Part shown: one piece after another, positions 58,538 to 64,000 of the stretch
Position numbering within the stretch: position 1 is the first letter of the stretch
Layout of the letters: each line of letters starts with the position of its first letter
Origin: Spirochaetia bacterium
Lineage (GTDB): Bacteria > Spirochaetota > Spirochaetia > CAKZLE01
DNA length: 64,000 nt
Reading direction: 5' to 3'
Assembly (NCBI GenBank): GCA_963677595.1
Contig: OY782041.1
Span: forward strand, 896,001-960,000
Program-made: the position numbers and the translations under genes
Notes under the pieces: generated by a model
Told to the model about the DNA's origin: nothing
The model's database searches: none
Seen by the model: the letters and a program-made list of their open reading frames with translations, nothing else

Positions 58538-59596
58538 TACATCAAGGAGCATTTTGATGATCCTAACTCGTGCATCTATGCCTCCCTGGACCATATCTAC
58601 TTCCAGAGGACAACTGTCCTCGAACTCATAGAATCCCTCTATGAGTTCGAGAGAGTACGTTACTTCTTCTTTGACGAAGTTCACAAGTATCCCTCCTGGG
58701 CACAGGAGCTCAAGAATGCCTATGATTCGTTCCCAGATATCAGGATCGTGTATTCCGGCAGTTCTTCCATCGACCTGGTGAAGGGAGCGTATGACCTGTC
58801 CAGACGGAGTGTGCTCTACCATCTGAAGGGCCTGTCCTTTCGTGAATACCTGCTCTTCCAGGGAATCGCTGATATCGCGCCGGTAACACTCGAAGAGATC
58901 CTTACGGACCGGAGTCGCCTGGAGAAGGATCTCGGTAACGTCGAGGGCTTGTTAGGCTATTTCAAGGACTACCTTCGCTGCGGGTATTATCCGTTCTTCC
59001 TTGAAGGGGAAGGGACCTATCGACAGAAACTCCTACGGGTCATCGACAAGACGATCTACGAGGATATCTCCAACTTCTATAAGCTCAAGACGGAGAACCT
59101 GATCCACCTGAAGCGCATCCTTGCCTTCCTGGCAACCATACCCCCAAGGGAGCTGAACAGGAACAGTATCTCCCGCCACCTGGGAATCGATAACAAGACG
59201 GTAGAGAGCTACCTGCACATCCTGCAGGAGACAGGTCTTGTCCAGCTTGTACGTGAGGACCGGGGAGGCAGTGCCCTCCTGAAGCAGAAGGAGAAGATCT
59301 TTCTCGCCAATTCAGACCTCTATCATACGATCTGCGAAGAAACCGGTTTCGAAGCGTCAGTGGGTACATTGAGAGAAGTATTCTTCATTCGCATGGTAGA
59401 GAACTCAGGCCATCATGCATTCTATGTACGGCAGGGAGATTACCAGGTAGCCAACACGCTCTTTGAGATCGGGGGAAGGAACAAGACCCTGAAACAGGTC
59501 AGCCACGCCCTCCCCCATGCGTTTCTCGTAAAGGATGATATACGCATCGGGGGACGGCATGAGATCCCGCTCCACTACTTCGGGTTCCTGTATTAA
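58388..59596 (+). CDS. AAA_14 / DUF4143-type ATPase
   Basis: GAGGTGKTT, FFDEVHKY, SGSS, GYYPF, FEIGGRNK. Confidence 0.88.
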   Translation: MNAIRTTYRRLLQGYDYPKKRYLYRDFSLEERLTGIIGAGGTGKTTLLIQYIKEHFDDPNSCIYASLDHIYFQRTTVLELIESLYEFERVRYFFFDEVHKYPSWAQELKNAYDSFPDIRIVYSGSSSIDLVKGAYDLSRRSVLYHLKGLSFREYLLFQGIADIAPVTLEEILTDRSRLEKDLGNVEGLLGYFKDYLRCGYYPFFLEGEGTYRQKLLRVIDKTIYEDISNFYKLKTENLIHLKRILAFLATIPPRELNRNSISRHLGIDNKTVESYLHILQETGLVQLVREDRGGSALLKQKEKIFLANSDLYHTICEETGFEASVGTLREVFFIRMVENSGHHAFYVRQGDYQVANTLFEIGGRNKTLKQVSHALPHAFLVKDDIRIGGRHEIPLHYFGFLY

Positions 59597-59625
59597 AGAA
59601 AGCTCAAGGCATCAAACAACTATGA

Positions 59626-62600
59626 TCAGATCACCTGGTGCAGGTACCGTTCGGCTATGATGTAGTCCTCTGTACCTTTCGAAAAGTCTGCATCCTCAGC
59701 GAGCAGCCTGCCCATGACCTCTTCGACCGAGAGTTCTGTATCGCTGTTGACGAAATCGCTCTTCTCCAGCCAATCGATGAGATCTGGTTTCACTTTACCC
59801 CTCAGGTTCTTGATCTCGCCCTGCTCCAAGGCCTCGAGCAGCAGGTTCCCGTCATAGTCATGCTCTGCCAGGAACTCTACTATCTGGGTCCAGTAGGCTG
59901 CTGAAGTGTTCACCTTCACATCGCTGTCTTCCAGGTCACTGACGGCAAGGGGCCTGCTCCTGCCGATCTGGGCTGTACGCTGGGCAGCCTGCAGGATCTC
60001 CAACCGCCGCTTCAAGCCGGGGTCGGTCACAGGCAGCTGCCCTGCCTGGATCCTTCCCTGCTCCATGTAGGTGAAGAGATCGCTCCCTTGCGTGAACAGG
60101 TACCAGCTGTGCAGTCCCTGGATCGGATCCCAGAGAACGGCACCGGGGACCATGAGCTTGCTGCCATAAGCCTGGTAGTCATCGACGGGTTCCGGTACGG
60201 GGGTATCGGTAGTCGTGTAGGCTACCAGAGGCTTTGCCTCTGCTGTATGGACCTTGAAGAGTTCGCTCAAGGCTACCTCATGGAAGACCTCAGCCGCATG
60301 CTGCCTGAACTTCTCGACCTCATCACCCTGTGCGGTGAAGTAGAAGACCTGCCGTTCGGAGGCGATCTCCTTCACAGCATGGATGACCTTTAATGCCCTC
60401 TCGTCATCGGTGTTGGCAAGGAGTTCATCCATGAAGATCGGCAGCCTGATGCCGCTGGTTATCTCCTGCACGGTGATGAATCCCATCCGCACGGCGAACA
60501 GGAGCTGGATCCGTGTTCCGTCCGAGAGTTCTTCAAGGGAGAGTGGCTCATTGTTTACCATATCGAAGGCGAAGAAGTCATCCTTGTTTACACGAAGCTG
60601 GTACCGGTTGGACGTGATCCGCTCTAGCCAGTGACTTGCCTGCTTCAGCACCTCAGGCACTGCCTCATGTGAGGACTCTTTCTCCAGCATCGCTGCCATG
60701 ATACCGACTGCACGGCCAAGTACCTGCTGCTTCCTCGTCCTCTCAAGGTCCTGCAGTGCCCTCCGGTACCGTACTTCAGCCTCTGCCAGGCTCGAGCCCT
60801 CGATCAGGTGTTCATAGGAGCTTATCAGCTTCCCTTTCTTCTCTTTCTTTTCATCAAGGTCTGCAAGTTCTTCTTGGAGAACCTCTATCTTCTCTTCGAT
60901 CTCAGCTAACGTAGATGCTTCACAGACAGCATAGGCTTCAGGATTCTGTGCCTTCCGCTTCTCAATATCGTCCTGCTTGGTTCGTAGCGTCAGGTTGACT
61001 GCATCCCAGGATTCCCTTTTCCCCGCTAGCTCTTTCAGGGCATATTCATCAGTGGATTCAAACCCGGTCTCTTTCCAGAAGGCTGCCAATTCAGCCTCTA
61101 CCGCTGCTATATCCTTGATGCAGGAAGTCAGCTCTTTCTTATTGTTCTCGATCTCTATGATCAGGTTTCTGGCACGTTCTATCCTGGAGGCGAGGTTCTT
61201 AGCCTCGCCCTTCAGGAGGAATACTTGATCCTCATCACTGCCCAAGACAGCCTTCAGATCACTGCGTACTGAATCCAGCTTGGTAGAAGCTGTTTCATGA
61301 CCTGCTCCCGCAGCTTTAACGGCTTCTACGAGATCTATCCATTTCAGTAGATGCGGGGAGTACTGGAAGAAGAGTGAATTCTCCAGATGGGGATTGCCAG
61401 GATCCAGTCCGATTTCTTTGCAGGCAGCTTCCCACTGGTCATAGAGACCTGAAAGGTCACTCTTAGCCTGTTCCAGTGATTTGCCAACCTTACTTCGTTC
61501 TTTGTTCCTGTCTATGGTCTCTTTGGTATTCCTGATCCGAGCCTCGATCTCACCGAGGAGGTCAGAAAGAACACCGAGCTCCAGCTCATTGACAGGTTCG
61601 AACCCGCAAGGTCCCAGTTCCTCATTGAGGTCATTCAGCTTCTTTTTCAGGTTTTCTTCATCCTGGTTGGTGGAGGTGCCTGCCGTCCTGGACGGAAGCA
61701 GGAAGTAGAGCCCTGCCGGGATGCCGATCGCCAGGAGGAACAATAGGGGGTGCAGCGTGATCCCAAGGATAAGGGCTATGGCGGTAACTCCTGCAGAGAA
61801 GGGTATCGCTCGTATCTTCGCCTTCGGGTCAGCTTCCCCGCCCTTCTTCAAAGACTCGAATGCGATATACTGCTTGATCAGGTCCTTCAGGTGAGTCCTG
61901 AGTTCTGCGAACGAGTCCGGGTCTTTGGCAACCTCCTCGGCTTCCCCGAGCAGGTCTGCATAATCTCTCTGTGCGGAGAGCCTGCACCGTACCGGTTCGA
62001 AGCTCATGGAAAGCTTCTTCAGCAAACCCACTGCTGAAGCCAGCCTGGACCGTTCAGGGGCTTCCGGGATAATCCATGTATGCTCCTGCTCCCAGAGCTT
62101 CAGGGAGCCTTCCGCTTTTCTGAACTCCTTGAATGCGGTCTCCTTCTCCCTGGAACTCTCATCCAGGTTCGTGGAGAGTTCAGTAAGCTGCTCGATGATG
62201 GAATGGTCGTTGAGGTGACCTTCAGAGACTGCACAGTCCTCAAGCTGGGAGGTCTTACGGTCTATTTCTGCTTCCAGCCTGCTCTTGGTAGCGTTCTTAT
62301 CATCGAGGCTTCCCTGCAGCTGCTCGAACTTCTGATAGGAGTAGGTGGTCACCCCGGATATTCGCCCATCGTACAGGGAGAGCTTCTGCTCTTCCTCTTC
62401 GATCTCCGAGAGGGTCTTGCGCATCATGGAGGCAGCTTCCAGCAGCTTTGTCTGGTCCCTCAACCCTTGCTCTTCAGCAAGTGTATCGGTCAATGCCCTG
62501 ATATCAGCGGAGAGGGCGTTCACCTCGCCCTGGCCTTGTCTCTTCTCCCGCAGGTCCTTCTTTGCCTTGTTCGCGGTCTTCGTCACCTGCTGATTGCTCT

Positions 62601-63069
62601 GGGAGAACTTCGGTATGGCCCCGGCTTCCTCTGCTGCCTTTGCAATATCCACCCCGCCCTGCATCTCGCTGTAGACGATCTTGTGGAAGGGTTTGGTCCT
62701 GTCATCTGCCTTGAGGAAATCGCTCAGGGAGAACCAGTAGATATCGGCCATCTCGTCATTGCGTCCAGGCAGCTGCATCTGCTGGTTATCCGCAAGCCGT
62801 GTCTGCACCAGGGTATGCCGCTGGATAGCAGCACTCCACTGCTCGCCTTCTGTCTCGATGGCGGCCCGGGCTTCCAGGCTCTCCGGGCTATGCGTCTTCC
62901 AGACGAGGGAACGGAGGGTCTGCCCCAGGGTGGTCTTCCCGATCCCATTCGGTCCCCAGATGACATTCAGGGCTGCGGAGAGTCCCTTGACCTCAGGGAA
63001 TCTCCCACGGAGGAATCCAGGGGCTCGCTCTACTGTCACGTCCTTGACTGTATACTGTTTACTCATCAT
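59626..63069 (-). CDS. YhaN-like Rad50/SMC-type ATPase (AAA_27) with two central TM helices
   Basis: GPNGIGKT, long coiled coils, hydrophobic hairpin, LSDGTRIQ, IFMDELLANTD. Confidence 0.85.
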   Translation of the reverse strand: MMSKQYTVKDVTVERAPGFLRGRFPEVKGLSAALNVIWGPNGIGKTTLGQTLRSLVWKTHSPESLEARAAIETEGEQWSAAIQRHTLVQTRLADNQQMQLPGRNDEMADIYWFSLSDFLKADDRTKPFHKIVYSEMQGGVDIAKAAEEAGAIPKFSQSNQQVTKTANKAKKDLREKRQGQGEVNALSADIRALTDTLAEEQGLRDQTKLLEAASMMRKTLSEIEEEEQKLSLYDGRISGVTTYSYQKFEQLQGSLDDKNATKSRLEAEIDRKTSQLEDCAVSEGHLNDHSIIEQLTELSTNLDESSREKETAFKEFRKAEGSLKLWEQEHTWIIPEAPERSRLASAVGLLKKLSMSFEPVRCRLSAQRDYADLLGEAEEVAKDPDSFAELRTHLKDLIKQYIAFESLKKGGEADPKAKIRAIPFSAGVTAIALILGITLHPLLFLLAIGIPAGLYFLLPSRTAGTSTNQDEENLKKKLNDLNEELGPCGFEPVNELELGVLSDLLGEIEARIRNTKETIDRNKERSKVGKSLEQAKSDLSGLYDQWEAACKEIGLDPGNPHLENSLFFQYSPHLLKWIDLVEAVKAAGAGHETASTKLDSVRSDLKAVLGSDEDQVFLLKGEAKNLASRIERARNLIIEIENNKKELTSCIKDIAAVEAELAAFWKETGFESTDEYALKELAGKRESWDAVNLTLRTKQDDIEKRKAQNPEAYAVCEASTLAEIEEKIEVLQEELADLDEKKEKKGKLISSYEHLIEGSSLAEAEVRYRRALQDLERTRKQQVLGRAVGIMAAMLEKESSHEAVPEVLKQASHWLERITSNRYQLRVNKDDFFAFDMVNNEPLSLEELSDGTRIQLLFAVRMGFITVQEITSGIRLPIFMDELLANTDDERALKVIHAVKEIASERQVFYFTAQGDEVEKFRQHAAEVFHEVALSELFKVHTAEAKPLVAYTTTDTPVPEPVDDYQAYGSKLMVPGAVLWDPIQGLHSWYLFTQGSDLFTYMEQGRIQAGQLPVTDPGLKRRLEILQAAQRTAQIGRSRPLAVSDLEDSDVKVNTSAAYWTQIVEFLAEHDYDGNLLLEALEQGEIKNLRGKVKPDLIDWLEKSDFVNSDTELSVEEVMGRLLAEDADFSKGTEDYIIAERYLHQVI

Positions 63070-64000
63070 TCGCTCCCTGTGCGGCCATGCTCCGCAGCAG
63101 CTTCATCCCTGCCCTTCGGATCAGTTCTCTGGTGTCCATGCTCTCGTCAGGATCATCAAGCTCCTGTACCAGGGAGAATGCCTTTGTTCTCATGCTCTCT
63201 TCTTTCATCCGCTCCATCTCTGCGATGAGTTTCTCATCCGCTCCGATATCGAGGAGCTTTCGGGCAAGGAGGGCCTTGGGCCCTACGCCCTGTGCGAGCT
63301 CCTCGAGGTCGAGCTCCAGGCTCGTCTTATCATCGTAGTCAGGCAGGGGCGAGAGCTCTATACCATTCATCTCGGGGAACTCCCAGGCGGCGAGCTGCTC
63401 GCCTGTGAGCGACTGCAGGTCGAATGCCGGGGAGACGATCCCGGTGAAGGTGAGCTTGCAGTAGAGCTTCCCGCTGAACTGCTCGTCTGCCGCCCTGTCG
63501 GCATACCCCTGCAGCCCATCCTGGATATAGCCGGTTATCGTATCCTGGGTCACCGCTGTGTCCAGCGGGATCTCGCACTCCTCGAACCGGTACGGGCAGA
63601 GCTGGATGAACCGTGGGCTTCCCCAGGCGCCAGCCTGCGATTCCAGCAGCCAGGCCCCATGGGGGCCGCATTCACTGCTGTCCAGGGCCATGGGAGACCC
63701 GCAGTAGAGGTAATCGTCCGTCAGCTTATGTTTATGGATATGTCCCAGTACCCACAGTGCCTGTGAGCTGTTCTGGAACCTGTTCGCCGGTACCGGGGCA
63801 TACCGGTCCGAAGAGACCTTCCCGTCAACATTGCAGTGGAGCAGCCCCAAGACGGGACCCGGGGCATCCAGGAGCCCTGGATCGAAGTCCTTAGCGAAGG
63901 GGTCTGAATTGTGTGTTGCGGAGGGGAAGGACCAGCCGACGAACCGGGTCCCGGCTATGTCGAGAGATTCCCATCTCCCGCCCAGGCCGAGGATATGGAC
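63059..64000 (-). CDS. YhaO/SbcD-like metallophosphoesterase nuclease (5' end outside the window)
   Basis: LLHC, YAP, WVLGHIH, YCGSP motifs; frame open to the window edge. Confidence 0.85.
   Translation of the reverse strand, partial: VHILGLGGRWESLDIAGTRFVGWSFPSATHNSDPFAKDFDPGLLDAPGPVLGLLHCNVDGKVSSDRYAPVPANRFQNSSQALWVLGHIHKHKLTDDYLYCGSPMALDSSECGPHGAWLLESQAGAWGSPRFIQLCPYRFEECEIPLDTAVTQDTITGYIQDGLQGYADRAADEQFSGKLYCKLTFTGIVSPAFDLQSLTGEQLAAWEFPEMNGIELSPLPDYDDKTSLELDLEELAQGVGPKALLARKLLDIGADEKLIAEMERMKEESMRTKAFSLVQELDDPDESMDTRELIRRAGMKLLRSMAAQGANDE

Noticed and set aside
1-64000. CRISPR arrays, tRNA or rRNA genes
   Set aside because: No regularly spaced repeat-spacer units or recognisable structural RNA genes were seen by eye; tRNAscan/Infernal were not run.
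59626-64000. SMC-like gene as Wadjet or Lamassu
   Set aside because: No kleisin/KITE or Lamassu partner genes are visible; the TM hairpin plus upstream phosphoesterase match YhaN/YhaO.

Overview
Bacterial chromosomal window, probably from a free-living spirochaete (Sphaerochaeta/Spirochaetales-like, inferred from the 'FANGxxE/FAGAQQE' signal peptides of the sugar-binding proteins). A GC-rich backbone is interrupted by AT-richer accessory blocks. Contents in order: an RloA/RloB-like ATPase pair (plus a second, truncated pair); a cN-II-type 5'-nucleotidase; a permease-less SBP-fold/HypB-like GTPase/ABC ATPase/Cys-rich operon behind a Crp/Fnr-type site; a cupin-hydrolase-aldolase operon; ettA; asnA; LacI plus a GH4 glycosidase; an intact IS1634-family element with a passenger ORF; an AT-rich NYN ribonuclease gene preceded by a two-hairpin, U7-terminated leader RNA; a GH9/ROK/SIS amino-sugar cluster; and a ~19.8 kb sugar-catabolism island bounded by 500-bp direct repeats. 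The island holds IS remnants, an archaeal-type GAPDH-PGK fragment and a 1.5-kb duplicated binding-protein gene. The window ends in a YhaN/YhaO (Rad50/Mre11-like) pair. No rRNA, tRNA or CRISPR array was seen. The best candidates for undescribed systems are the NYN plus leader-RNA module and the permease-less ABC/GTPase module. All family assignments come from motif recognition by eye; no database searches were run.
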